The notes below the pieces were generated by a model that did not search any database, was not told the DNA's origin, and was given only the letters and a program-made list of their open reading frames with translations. A stretch of DNA of 63,382 nucleotides, filler included, from Choristocarpus tenellus KU-1152 (lineage: Eukaryota > Protista > Phaeophyceae): the NCBI GenBank assembly GCA_964200185.2. It is 11 parts of 11 records of this genome, joined end to end, with 100 filler letters (N's around TTAATTAATTAA, not from the genome) between each part and the next. Parts side by side here need not be neighbours in the genome. Positions count along the whole stretch, not along the records: positions 1 to 8,787 come from CAXNAD020004334.1; positions 8,888 to 12,108 come from CAXNAD020021443.1; positions 12,209 to 17,312 come from CAXNAD020011858.1; 8 more parts are not named here. One strand, written 5' to 3'. Position numbers and translations under genes: made by a program. Shown here piece by piece: positions 1 to 12,305 of this stretch (position 1 is its first letter; each line of letters starts with the position of its first letter).

Positions 1-189
1 GGCGTATGGTAAGGTGTATGGTAAGGGATATGGTAAGGGATATGGTAAGGTGTATGGTAAGGTATATGGTAAGGTGTAAGGTAAGGTGTATGGTAAGGTA
101 TATGGTAAGGTGTATGGTAAGGTATATGATAAGGTGTATGGTAAGGTGTATGGTAAGGTATATGGTAAGGTGTATGATAAGGTATATGG
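1..189. repeat. 12-bp minisatellite (ATGGTAAGGTGT / ATGGTAAGGTAT), about 15 copies, truncated by the window start
   Basis: Direct tandem periodicity of 12 nt, which produces the spurious MVRC/MVRY ORF. Confidence 0.95.
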
Positions 190-449
190 GCTAGTGCGTG
201 GGACCAGTATCTCGTGTCTGAAATAGATATTACGGTGGTTTTGAGGCAGATATTCCAGTGTAAGGTTGGAATAAATGTACAAGCCCTAGCCCTGGTATGG
301 GGGGCAGGGGGGGGAGTTGTAACAATCATCTGTACGGGTTTGCTTCCGGAGACAGCTTTTTACTAGTGTACCTTTATTTTTCTAGTGTACCTTTATTTTT
401 CTATTGATGAGTTATTCTTGTTGCGCCACACGCTATACTCTTTGGTCTT

Positions 450-565
450 CTTGCTGTTGTTATTCTTCTTATTATTGTTATTCTTATTGTTATTATTCTT
501 ATTCTTATTCTTATTCTTATTGTTATAATTGTTATTCTTATTGTTGTTATTAGTATTATTATTTT
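450..565. repeat. (TTA/TTC/TTG)n low-complexity microsatellite
   Basis: attcttattcttattgtt runs. Confidence 0.85.
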
Positions 566-916
566 TAAGGCTATTCTATTTGTCCGGAATCTCCGTACGG
601 CATACTCCACCTCTCCACCTTTGTACGTGATTTATACATGTTTTCAATATTGCATATGACCTTGTACCCCTTTAGTTGCCGTTGACTGTTCCTTTTCCTG
701 TCACATGTTTTTTGAAGTGATGATGTCATAACAAAGTATTCACAGCTTGCTGTTCTATTTTTGGGGGAGGCGTATCTCTTTTGGCAAGATAACAAGCATC
801 AACCTGATATTAGAGTACGCCTGCCATAAAATGTTGGAACTATTCACCTGCTGCACTCTCTACTGTCAGGGTCGAATACCTTTGTATTAGTGTATTGGTG
901 TGTTAATGTGTCACTA

Positions 917-1164
917 AGTCAAAAGTATCTTAGAGGGTAGGGCCGCGTCCATTTGGGGACCAAAATCCACTGTTGTGATTTTGATGTAATTTTGGCTATC
1001 GTTTTTGTTAGGAAGTGTCAATATCCTTCTGGACACATCTTTTCATAACGTACATATTTAACCTACTAAGAAATGAAACATCTCGGAGTAGTTAAAATGT
1101 CATGAAAGCCCCAAACAGACAAACAGGGCAAAACTCATTGTACCCTCTAAAGATACTTCCACTC
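917..1164 (+). mobile_element. MITE family A copy 1 (non-autonomous DNA transposon, Sola2-like termini)
   Basis: Imperfect TIR AGTCAAAAGTATCTTAGAGGGTA...TACCCTCTAAAGATACTTCCACTC. 4-bp TSD ACTA at 913-916 and 1165-1168. Homologous to 13586, 14546 and 34926. Confidence 0.85.
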
Positions 1165-1300
1165 ACTAGGGAGTCAATCGATCCAGTTGGGTGCTATCAA
1201 TGCATTTGGTTCTCAGGTGCTGAGATGCTGTTAAAAGATGAAATCTTTCAAAGGTCTTGGTGAATTGTTCCCATTTTTACTGAGGACCATCTTCCATAAT

Positions 1301-1322
1301 CTAACCCTAACCCTAACCCTAA
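1301..1322. repeat. Interstitial telomere-like (CCCTAA)n tract
   Basis: ctaaccctaaccctaaccctaa. Confidence 0.85.
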
Positions 1323-1526
1323 GAACTAACCCTCTTTTGTCGTGGTACCATTGCCCTAACCCTTAGAATTCCTCCTGTTTGTGGATCTCCATTCTTGTTC
1401 AACCTTTTGCGGACATTACATCGTTAAAAATTAATTTTATTTATTATTATGTAGATTTTTTTTTGTTCCCCGAGGATTTTTGAGATGCTCACGTACGGGT
1501 CGTCCTAATGAGTAGTGACTGCCGAT

Positions 1527-1885
1527 GGTAACTGTCAAATGATGTAGTTTGTATCTGTCAAATGGTGTAGTTTGTAACTGTCAAATTGTGTATTTTGTAA
1601 CTGTCAAATGGTGTAGTTTGTAACTGTCAAATGGTGTAGTTGGTAACTGTCAAATGATGTAGTTTGTACCTGTCAAATGGTGTAGTTTGTAACTGTCAAA
1701 TTGTGTATTTTGTATTTGTCAAATGGTGTAGTTTGTAACTGTCAAATTGTGTATTTTGTAACTGTCAAATGGTGTATTTTGTAACTGTCAAATGGTGTAG
1801 TTGGTAACTGTCAAATGTTGTTACTGGTAACTGTCAAATGATGTAGTTTGTAACTGTCAAATGGTGTAGTTGGTAACTGTCAAGT
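1527..1885. repeat. 23-bp minisatellite (GTAACTGTCAAATGGTGTAGTTT), about 15 copies
   Basis: Period 23 nt (ctgtcaaat at 1532, 1555, ...). Confidence 0.95.
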
Positions 1886-3012
1886 CTGTAGCGTGTACCT
1901 GGCAGTGGTGTACATTGTTGGGGAGAGAAAAAAAGATTTAAATCACATACACACACACATACAAAAAAAACATTTTTATTATATGTGCAATTGTGAAGGG
2001 TCCACGAACTCGATCAGTCATGCCAGTTGTGGCAGAGCTGGCTCTATTATGTAACGAAGGAGTGAGATTGTCGTAGCTATTGAGACAATTCTTGCTGCTG
2101 TCATTACCTGCAGTAATTTTGTGCTTTCAATCTCCAATCTCTTTGTGGTTTTAATCACCACTCCTGTTGGTCCCGCCATTTATTTTTTTTGTGATGGAAT
2201 TTTTGTTGTCATGACAAGTCAGACCTGATATTGCCTGCATTATTTTTGTGAGTTCAAACCCCTTCAATGTCAAATGTTTTTCTTCCATGGATATATATAT
2301 ATATATATATATATACTAAGTAGTATTTTTTAAGGAGAAGGGTTGGGTATATTTGTGTGTGTGTATGTGTATGTGTGTGTACAAGAGGAAGGGGAGGGAG
2401 GCGATATGATGGTAGTTACTGATCTCCACCGCTCCTGCATCTATTTATTATATCAACATTACTTGTTCAATAACAATTATACAATAATAATAATAAGTGA
2501 AATAATATAACAATGATGGCAATAAAAATGATCATCATTGTATTAACAATAACAGTAAGAATGGTAATACATTTATATAGTAGTTATATCTATATTAATA
2601 GTAGTAATAGTGATGATATTAATAACAGTGCTATCTTTAGCAGCTGTTTACATGAAGTGTGTGTTGTGGTAGGAGCAGTCTGAGAAGAACAGTAGTAACC
2701 TTCTAGCAACACACACGCACACATAAGCATACCTACATACAATTTAGAATTAATAATATGAAGAAATGATTAGAAGTGCATTTAGAGTCATTAAAATGTT
2801 CTAACTAGATTTTTAGGATACACCCTAGCCCTAGCTCTAACCCTAAGAATGACAAAGAAGCATGGATAGCATGTGTGACATTGAATATATTTATGCCTGA
2901 CTTTTTCAAATTTTTAGAAACTAGTAATTACAATAGGTCCCTACATAATTGAAAACATATATTCCTCTTTCCCTCCCCCTACTTCAATCTCCCTTGGATA
3001 TGAAACTGTCAG

Positions 3013-4811
3013 GTATGGGTCAGTGCACCAAACAACAAGGTTCGAATGCAGCGCTCGTTATGCAAGGTTTGACCCTGCTCAGTCTACCCTTCTAGAGGTG
3101 AACCGTAAGCTCCAATGCAACCCTACTGCCATCCCATTGGTCCAATGAACTCGTTCCTGATTCCTATTGGTGGATACATATCTATATTTGTATTCTTTTT
3201 GTGCCTTGTACAGTAGTATATGCCTTAATAATTTGTTTGTAATTAATTTAGGAGTAATTTAGGAATAATTTAGGATTTGGAGTTGAGGTGAGGTGAGGTG
3301 AGGCGGGGTGGGAAAGAGATATAGCTAGATAGCTGTTTCGGGGTGATCTGTTACTTTAAAATGTTATGTGTAAAAACGCCATGTAAAGATGTATGTCATC
3401 CCACAAATATATATATATATTTTTAATTGGGGTGTTATTGTTACGTGCGGCGATTTGTTTATATATTGTAGTAGGTGTCAGTAGTGGATCATATTTAATA
3501 TAGTTATGATAGATTTGTTTATATATTGTAGTAGTTACTAGTAGTGGATCATATTTAATATAGTTATGATAGATTGTTTATATATTGTAGTAGTTATTAG
3601 TAGCGGATCGTATTTAATATAGTTATGATAAATTTGTTTTAATATTGTAGTAGTTATCAGTAGTGGATCGTATTTAATATAGTTATGATAGATTTGTTTT
3701 AATATTGTAGTAGTTATCAGTAGTGGATCGTATTTAATATAGTTATGATAGCAACTCGTGCGGCAGTGTTTTTGATGTAAAGACTATTGTTTATCATTAT
3801 TGTTTCTTGTTAATTATTATTGTGTATAATTGTTTTGTAATATTGTTAATTATTATTGTTTATTATTGTTGTGTATCGTTGTTAATGTTTATTGTGTATT
3901 ATTATTAATTAATGTTTCATATTATTTTTTATTGTTTATTATTGTTTGTTGAGAATCTTTTTGAATCCTGGTTCTAGTGTCAGGGCTAATCATTGTGGTT
4001 ACGGATTTGATAGATGCAAATGTTTTTTTTGATAGTGCCTGACACAGTCATTGAAGAGCTAATGGATTTAAGTTTGCTTCCAGATATGAGTACAAATGTT
4101 TTCCTTCTGCCATTACTATTACTGTTATTTGAAAAATGCTATTGATATCGATTGTTATTATTATTGTTATTGATATTATTATTATTATTATTACTGTCAC
4201 ATTATTCTGATGGATGCCTAACCCTAACCCTAAAAGATAGTCCAAAGAAGGTGATATACACTGCTTGAGAAAAGGAAACAAGAACCACAGAAGAGAAAAA
4301 AGAATAAATGAATTAAAAAAAACTGAAAAAGAATAAGAATGCATGAGAGTCGGTCCGTATTGCTCTAAAGGAGTAGGAATCTTCTTTAAACATTCTGAAT
4401 CTACTCTTCACATCTCCCCCATTGCAGGAATGCATGCCCATCTACGACTTCCTTCGCTCCAAGGCCTTCACAGGTCATGGAAAACTGGGACGTGTGAGAC
4501 GTCCTCTGCCCCCCCCACCCTCTAGCCCTGCTTGTCATCAAGACAATCCAGTAGCGAGCCCAGAGCCCACCTCGAGTCTTGATTCGTCGTCAGAAGCAGC
4601 AGCAAATGGCGCCGGTGGTGTTGCACGGGAGTTGGAAGGCCTTGCAATAGACCCAGCAGGAGAGGGTGCGGGGCAGGGGGAGGGGGGAGGAGAAGGAGGG
4701 ACTGCTGCTGAGATGCACGGAAGGAGTTTGAAACCTGGGGAAGCGGCTGCACTGAATGAAAGCATTTTGGTGTGGATAGGGGGTCACCTGCTCCCGAGAG
4801 GCATGGCCAAG
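3013..4811 (+). CDS. Branched-chain amino acid aminotransferase-like protein (N-terminal P-loop/sulfotransferase-like domain fused to aminotransferase class IV); two internal exons, gene partial
   Basis: Exons 3013-3097 ((W)YGSVHQTTRFECSARYARFDPAQSTLLE) and 4428-4811 (ECMPIYDFLRS...LNESILVWIGGHLLPRGMAK), both AG/GT bounded and phase compatible. They match the plant BCAT-like pattern WYxSVHxxTGF...LLExxxPxYxxL...NExxLVWVGxxLxPRxxAK|VSVFDS. Flanking exons not found in this contig. Confidence 0.85.
3452..3750. repeat. 60-bp minisatellite, 5 copies, inside the BCAT-like intron
   Basis: gatttgtttatatattgtagtagttatcagtagtggatcrtatttaatatagttatgata x5. Confidence 0.95.
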
Positions 4812-5221
4812 GTGAGTGGGTCTTGAGGTGGGTCAAGGTTGTGAACCTGTGATGGTTGTAGGTTGAACTGAACTTTGAGTTGGGGTTTCCTAATCACCAT
4901 GGTGTGGTGCACAGGTGGTTCTGTAAACATGGCATGCAGTCCTTCTATTATGTAGTACGCCTTCTATTGGACAGGTTATCGACCTCATTTTTGAACGAGG
5001 GATGGATATGTAGCAACCGCAATGTGAGAGACAGAGACTGGTACTAATATATATATATATATATATTACTGAATGAGACACTACCCGGTTTGGTGATGAG
5101 TGGAGAGTATCTTGGTTGCAGTCAACAAGGACAATACACCCTCTTTGACTTTCTTTCTGGTGGTTCTCCTCAGGGACTTAGGTCTTGGTACATGGGCAGT
5201 AGTGTGCAAGGACTTGCGTGT

Positions 5222-5700
5222 TTGTGTCTGGTCCACACTTGGACCTATAGTGTTTGTCCAGTACTAACAGTTTATATCTGGGACTGGTCAGGGACCTGCA
5301 GTGTTTATCTGGTCCACACTTGAATCTATAGTATTTGTGCAGTACTAACAGTTTATATCTCGGACTGGTCAGGGACCTGCAGTGTTTATCTGGTCCACAC
5401 TTGGACCTATAGTATTTGTCTGGTACTAACAGTTTATATCTGGGACTGGTCAGGGACCTGCAGTGTTTGTCTGGTCCACACTTGAATCTATAGTATTTGT
5501 GCAGTACTAACAGTTTATATCTGGGACTGGTCAGGGACCTGCAGTGTTTATCTGGTCCACACTTGGACCTATAGTATTTGTCTGGTACTAACAGTTTATA
5601 TCTGGGACTGGTCAGGGACCTGCAGTGTTTGTCTGGTCCACGCATGGGCCTGTAGTGCATGTCTGGTACTGTTTAAGGACCTGCGGTTTGTGTCTGGTAC
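5222..5700. repeat. 81-bp minisatellite, about 5.5 copies, with alternating variants (162-bp higher-order period)
   Basis: 27-aa periodicity in antisense ORF 5178-5660; variants ggacctatag / gaatctatag alternate. Confidence 0.95.
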
Positions 5701-5984
5701 TATGTCTGAACAGTATTGATTGTAAGCTACTTAGTGATGGTACCGATGCAGAACCACTGGTTGGAACTGTGTTGGAACTGCTCAACTGTGATGGTGCAGC
5801 CTATTGACCAAAAGTAGACACATGGTAGATTGGATGGGTTGGTGCAAAAGTAGAGGGTGGGTGGCCTTAAGACAGGTTTGCACCAAATACAACTCTGAGT
5901 GGATTGGGCCTGGGAATATAAAAATCTTTGTTGGAAGTATTTGTGTAAATATCCCTCTTTTTCGCTCCTTCATTTTCCCATTTT

Positions 5985-6280
5985 TGTGATTATTATTATT
6001 ATTGTTAGTATTATTGTTATCACCAGTATCATTATTTTGATTAATAGTTTTATTGTTATTATTGATAGTATTATTGTTATCATTAGTATCATTATAATAA
6101 TTATTAGTATTATTGTTACTATTGTTGTCATTAGTATTATTATTTTTATTAGTAGTATCATTGTTGTTGTCATTAGTACTATTATTTTTATTCGTAGTAT
6201 TTTTGTTACTATTGTTGCTATTATTACTATAATTATTTTCCAATTCATTTGTTACTACTATTATTATTATTATTATTGTT
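5985..6280. repeat. (ATT/GTT/AGT)n low-complexity tract
   Basis: Produces spurious poly-I and poly-N ORFs. Confidence 0.9.
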
Positions 6281-7067
6281 TACCTTGAGCAACCTTGGTT
6301 GCAGTAGGACAGCCACTATTGAGAGGGTGAGCTTGGTAGTGGGTACAGACAACTGGTGTCCCATGTAATGTATGATGATATATTTTTTTGTGCCCTCGGG
6401 TAAGACCTCAAGTCTTAGGCTATTTTTTTTTTCAATATTTTGAAGTACATACGTAATACGTTTATTTTTGTCAAGATTTTTTTTTTGATATCAGTGGGGC
6501 AGTACAAGGTATACCCTATAGAGAGGATCTGTAAATGGTTTTGTGAGCAGACTCATTGTACCCCACCAATCGTGATTGACTCCTATAGCCAAGCAGCGTA
6601 TGTTTGTTGATAGTGATTGGTGTTATTATAGTGATTGGTGTGTTATTATAGTGACTGCATGGGTCACCAAGAAAGATTTGATTGGTATCGAACTTTTGAT
6701 GAATTGTGTTGTAAAAGGGAGTAAGGCGTATGAGGAGATGCATTGAGGTATGACCTTCGGTCAAGGAATGGTACTGGAACAGTCTGTTAAGACTTCACAT
6801 TGAAGTTGATGGTAAATGTAGCTGGGGGTACCTGGCCTTGTGGGCAAGGCTAACTTTGTCCTGAGTGGAAAAATAGTGGATGTATGTGACTTACAAGGTT
6901 ATGAGGTTATGTGACGTATGAGGTTGCTGGGGATGATTGCCTCAGTGGTCACCTCTGTGGTCCTATCTGAGCCAAACTAATTTAGAGGTAGGCAGGTTTG
7001 GATCCTTTTTTTCATTCTAAGCCATCTTTCTTACCCGGTGCAAAATGCTCTATTTCATTGCCTTATG

Positions 7068-7516
7068 TGCACAATAGTGTACGCTAACTTGACAATAGTG
7101 TACGCTAACTTGACAATAGTGTACGCTAACTTGACAGTAGTGTACACTAGCTTGACAATGGTGTACACTAACTTGACAATAGTGTACACTAGCTTGACAA
7201 TGGTGTACGCTGACTTGACAATAGTGTACACTGACTTGACAATAGTGTACACTAGCTTGACAATGGTGTACGCTAACTTGACAATAGTGCACACTAACTT
7301 GACAATGGTGTACGCTAACTTGACAATGGTGTACACTAACTTGACAATAGTGTACACTAGCTTGACAATGGTGCACACTAACTTGACAATAGTGCACACT
7401 AACTTGACCATGGTGTACGCTAACTTGACAATAGTGCACACTAACTTGACAATAGTGTACACTAACTTGACAATGGTGTACGCTAACTTGACAATAGTGC
7501 ACACTAACTTGACAAT
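7068..7516. repeat. 21-bp minisatellite (ACAATAGTGTACACTAACTTG), about 21 copies
   Basis: 7-aa periodicity in three overlapping ORFs; palindromic core AGTGTACACT. Confidence 0.95.
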
Positions 7517-7632
7517 CCCCCCTTTTCAACACTCAAAGTGACACCACAATAAAGCGAAGGCTCTCTCTGTAATTGTACAAAATGGTGTACGCCCTTTTGG
7601 CCTTTCTTGGGGTCCTTGTAATGCAACACCTA

Positions 7633-7657
7633 CCCTAACCCTAACCCTAACCCTAAC
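7633..7657. repeat. Interstitial telomere-like (CCCTAA)4
   Basis: ccctaaccctaaccctaaccctaac. Confidence 0.85.
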
Positions 7658-7902
7658 TCTCGATAGGTTTGACTCATCTGTGCACCACCTGTGTTGAGCT
7701 CGTCCATTGTTATTTAGTAGGTTTTATCTTTTGTGTTATCTTTTGTGTTACCCAGGGGCGGGGGGGGGTATTAATCGATTGATACACTTACTTCTTCCTT
7801 GTCTCATCTTGACAATATTATTTTATTTTCACTACTTCACTACTTCACTATTTTCTTTGATGTTTTTTGTACGGAAGGTTTTTGTTTTTTCTCTCTGAGA
7901 AG

Positions 7903-8032
7903 TATGTATTGTATTTATTGTATTGTTTATATTGTATTGTTTGTATTTATTGTATTGTATTTATTGTATTGTTTGTATTGTATTGTTTGTATTTATTGTA
8001 TTTATTGTATTGTATTTATTGTATTGTATTGC
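7903..8032. repeat. (TATTG/TATT)n simple repeat
   Basis: tgtattgtatttattgtattg runs. Confidence 0.85.
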
Positions 8033-8787
8033 TTTTTTTGACCTTTTTGGACCACGGTTCTGGAACCCGTTGTGTCATGCCAAAGTGATAATATAATAAT
8101 AATAATAATAATTTTGTTTCAATATGGGGTTAATCGCACCTAAAACATATCTATGTAGACCTAACCCTATCAATCTCTTCCCCATTTGTGTGAAAAAAAT
8201 AATGATTGGAAGAACTGTTTTATTTTATTGTAAGGCATTTTCTTGTCCAAGGTCTTCACAAAAGTGCCCCCGATGGCCACCTCTTAGAAAAGAGTGTATG
8301 AAAATGTAATGTATGAAAATATAGTGTATGAAAAGGCGATAGTACATGGGTGTGGTGCTACTTTTGACTGATTTGTATTCTGGTCTTTGATTTGGCATCA
8401 GGGAGGAAGTTAATGCAACGTTTGTGAGTTTTTGTTTCAACAGTGATTGAATCTGACTTGTTTTAGTCTTTTTGTGGTAAAGAATCGTTTTCTTTTATTA
8501 TAATTTAGATTATTTTATTTTTTTTGTTCAAGGCCGAAAATTCTTTTGGAGAAAAAAAAATGCTCTAATGCTCTGGTTGTGTTTTGAGGTTTTGCTATGT
8601 GTTGCTTGAGTTGTAGAGTATTATTTAGTATTTACTAAAAAAAATAAAAATAGAGAAGGCAAAAGTTTGACTCTTTTTGATAACTTCTAGTTGTATATCA
8701 TTATCATTATCGCTATCATTATCGCTATCATTCAGACTAGGAAAAGTAGTGACACAATCATCACTATTAAAATACCCCCCCCCCCCC

Positions 8788-8887
8788 NNNNNNNNNNNNN
8801 NNNNNNNNNNNNNNNNNNNNNNNNNNNNNNNTTAATTAATTAANNNNNNNNNNNNNNNNNNNNNNNNNNNNNNNNNNNNNNNNNNNN
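8788..8887. other. Artificial contig spacer (44 N + TTAATTAATTAA + 44 N); identical spacers at 12109-12208, 17313-17412, 21617-21716, 30426-30525, 35641-35740, 40839-40938, 43885-43984, 51175-51274, 57945-58044
   Basis: Ten identical 100-nt blocks; TTAATTAATTAA gives stops in all six frames. Confidence 0.97.
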
Positions 8888-8961
8888 TTTATCCCAGTCA
8901 ATTTTGGGTCAAGCCCATCCTCAATGAAAAGCTCCATCCTCAATTCTTGAAATCGGCTGTT
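8888..8961 (+). mobile_element. MITE family C, right half (truncated by contig start)
   Basis: Near-identical to 39345-39419. Confidence 0.85.
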
Positions 8962-11900
8962 CTGAGCGCCTCCACATCTTCATCACTCACAGTATGACTC
9001 TACACCTCATCCAGAAATTGCCCTGCCTGTTCCCAAAGATATTTCAAATGAACATATTCTTGTGGGATATTCTTATCTAGGATTGTGATCCACATTGACT
9101 GGTTCAGATGGTTTGAACCTGCCACCCGGTCTGAATGACCAACGAACTGATTTTCATGACAGAAAAGAACTTAAATGAAATTTTCTACCTAAGATCCATT
9201 CAGATTTGAGCTATACTAGTAGTAGTTCTTTGACCAACTCTGGCTACTACCTTCAACTATGTTTGAGACCTATCTCTGGAGCTTGACGATGGGCTTGCCA
9301 TAGGGAAGGCAAAATTACTCGTAATACCAATGGAAGATTTGTCCCAATATTATCCGCAACTACTTTTCATTATCCAGAAGGGTGTTTCCATCTCAAGAGA
9401 GGAACTTCTTCATCCTACCCTTGCAACACACTGAGCAGATCTGAGTGGGAAGAAGCAATTCCTCTCGAATACAACATTTCTCAGATAATATGAAAAGGGT
9501 GGAGTGTGAGGAACAGCATAGAATGAATACAAGACTTGCATAACTTTCTGGGGTTAGGGTTACAGAAAAGAGGAAAAGAAAAAAAACGAGGTTTGAAGAA
9601 TACACACAAGCTCACACCCATAAACAGACAATTGCCTTCACTGACAGTAACTTCTAACTATCATAGCACAGACCTCTACATTAACAAAAAAAACCCAATG
9701 CAACTCATATGTTTCACTGAGCTCTCGTCCTTAAAATGGGAGGATGAAGTGTTCAAGATGTATTTGATACTTTCCCGTCCAAGTGACAAACGGGCAACGG
9801 CACAGAGTGGCGCCATCCCTCCAACTGATTAGCAACAGAACAAGGAACCCCCCCCCCCAAAAAAAGAAAACTGAGGTGCAGGAGCTGAACTCATCAGTGA
9901 AGCTCAGATCAGGAAGGATCCTTCACAACAAACAGAGCAGCCCAGGCATACAAGGATGTCGGAAAGGCAAAGGAACTGCAGCAGAGGAAAGGAGTGGGGG
10001 TATATATATACCAGGGCACCCCTCTTTCTAATTTTTCGACAGAGTTAAAAACAACACTTCCCAGGATAGGAATGCAGAAAACTCACAACAGATACACGTA
10101 ACTACAGAACACCAACAACACACACACACACAAAAGGGGAAAAAAAAGCTACATACAGGCATTGTCTATCTGACACGTGAGATCTTACCACTCCCTACCA
10201 CACGCATCATGCACACACTTCTCTATGGGAAACCCCACAATACTTCCATGTTCTTTGCGCCACGGAACTCTAAGCAAGACCAGGATGTGCGAGGGAGAAG
10301 GAAGACCACCGCTCCCTGCACAAGAGTCGCCAATAAATCGAGTAGTACACACAGGAGTCGTTTATCTCCCCGGGGGCATGCTCGGCCCAACACTTTCTTC
10401 CCACAACCCAACGAGAGCAATGACCTCCAGATCCATACAGAACCTCTCCAACCAAGGCAATCATCGCCTACAGCTCCCGATGAGAGTGCGGGGGATGCCG
10501 GGCAGACAACTCATTCAGAACCCATATGATAAACAAAAACATAAAAGGTTTTTGATTCCTACTCAGAAGTCGAGCATCAAGCCCAACATGACCCGCTCAA
10601 TGTGCTGTGGCACAATCTGCTTGCCACGTTCAGGAGACGGGGGACGGCCAAGAGCAAGCAAGTTAAGGAGCGTCTTGTACATCGTTAGGAAGGAAACTGG
10701 GTTGAACTTGGCTAAGCGATCACGGTACGAGTGTGTTTATGGAGTCAGTGCAACGCTTGATATGGAGTGTAGGAGAGGGTTGGCAAAAGGACACAAAAAA
10801 AATAGATTTCGAGGGTATTTCGCTTTGTTGAGAGTGATCCACGCCATCCATCTTTCATTTTTCAGTCAACCAATGGACATCTTACACAGAGAAAGAATTC
10901 CATTTTTGGACTTGGTTGGCAGAGAGTCTACTTCCTGGGTATTTCATACTCTGTCTCAGAATCAAAACACCATTTTTCAATACCATCTTGTAAGAATCTC
11001 TGACATCGAGGAACTGGTGCACGGGTACTGCCTGAGCATCTAAATCGTAGCATTTTCCTTGTCACACCACCGAAACTGATAACAGGTCATCAATAAATAT
11101 ATAAATAAGTTGGCATTTTCCAAAAAAAAAGAAAAAAGGTTGACAACGCCGTGACAAAATCCTGAACGAGAACATTTCAGTAATATTACAATTCTTACTT
11201 CAAAGTACAACTTTCTTAAGACCAACTGCCCCTCTATACAGTTTAGACCATCGCAATCGCAGGGACCAAAACTGGGGGGGCACAATTTACCTGCTCAACC
11301 GAGGCCTCTCGAATTCTAATGTTTTTCTTGACGCGTTGATACCCAGCGGCGGTTACCTTCAGAAAAAAAAAGGGTATATATATATACACATATACATACA
11401 TATGTACATGGTTTGGTGAACAGTTTTGTCATGACTGCCTAGGAAATAAGTTGGAACTATCTGCGCATTGACGTGCCCGTACCATCAGAAAAAAAATTCA
11501 ATCACATTGCACCACCGACCTCTGATCTCCCAGTAGGGATTTTTTTTTTTAAAGCAAAGTGTTCCCTGGGTTAGGTCTGTAGTACCGGTCAGAGAAAGGG
11601 TCTTGTGCGTTGGGTGTTGATTCGAAACAAACGTGTGACAGTTGGAAAAAAAAAAACACATAATCTATAGAGTAGTGGGTATCTCAAGAAAAAATGACAT
11701 GACTGTACTGCTTGAAGCAGAGAGACTCCCCAAGCTGCTGCTTAACGTTCCTTGAAAGCTCACGATCCTTCTCGTACTCTTGGAACAAATGTTCAACTTT
11801 GCTACACTATAGAACAACACCGCAGTGCTCAATCAAAGGTCAAACCACAACTCCGAGTACATTTGGAGTATATTTCAGGACAACCTAGTTTTTCACGGCA

Positions 11901-12208
11901 TGACCATAGCTTGGGTCAAGGTAAGGGTCAGACCACAGTTGTAGTAAACTGTAGAAGAGGAAGTGAAAGCTGGGAAAGGGCCTTCAAGGGCAATGTATTG
12001 AAAGAATTTATCATGTACAAGAGAATGACTTCCCCCAGCCACAGCCGCCCCCCCCCCCCCCCCCCCCCCCCCCCCACCCAAACCAACACGACAAACAAAA
12101 GAAACAGANNNNNNNNNNNNNNNNNNNNNNNNNNNNNNNNNNNNNNNNNNNNTTAATTAATTAANNNNNNNNNNNNNNNNNNNNNNNNNNNNNNNNNNNN
12201 NNNNNNNN

Positions 12209-12305
12209 TTGAGGATAGTGCTCACTCCGCTAATAAACAAATCCATACCACATAAAGCAAAATACTCTATCTGAGTAGCTAGTAGCTGTAGCTCTCTTTT
12301 GCATA
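12209..12305 (+). mobile_element. 3' part of an LTR (same family as solo LTR 21209-21469)
   Basis: Near-identical to 21384-21469, also ending TTTTGCATA. Confidence 0.8.

Noticed and set aside
5782-6288. Asn-rich and Ile-rich ORFs
   Set aside because: Translations of an ATT/AAT microsatellite.
1527-7541. CRISPR-like arrays or repeat proteins (ORFs 5178-5660, 7038-7541, 7050-7532, 7055-7504)
   Set aside because: Head-to-tail tandem repeats with no unique spacers and no cas genes. The ORFs are open only because the unit length is a multiple of 3 and stop-free.
8832-8843. TTAATTAATTAA as a biological palindrome or target site
   Set aside because: Always centred in exactly 44+44 Ns, so it is an assembly linker.
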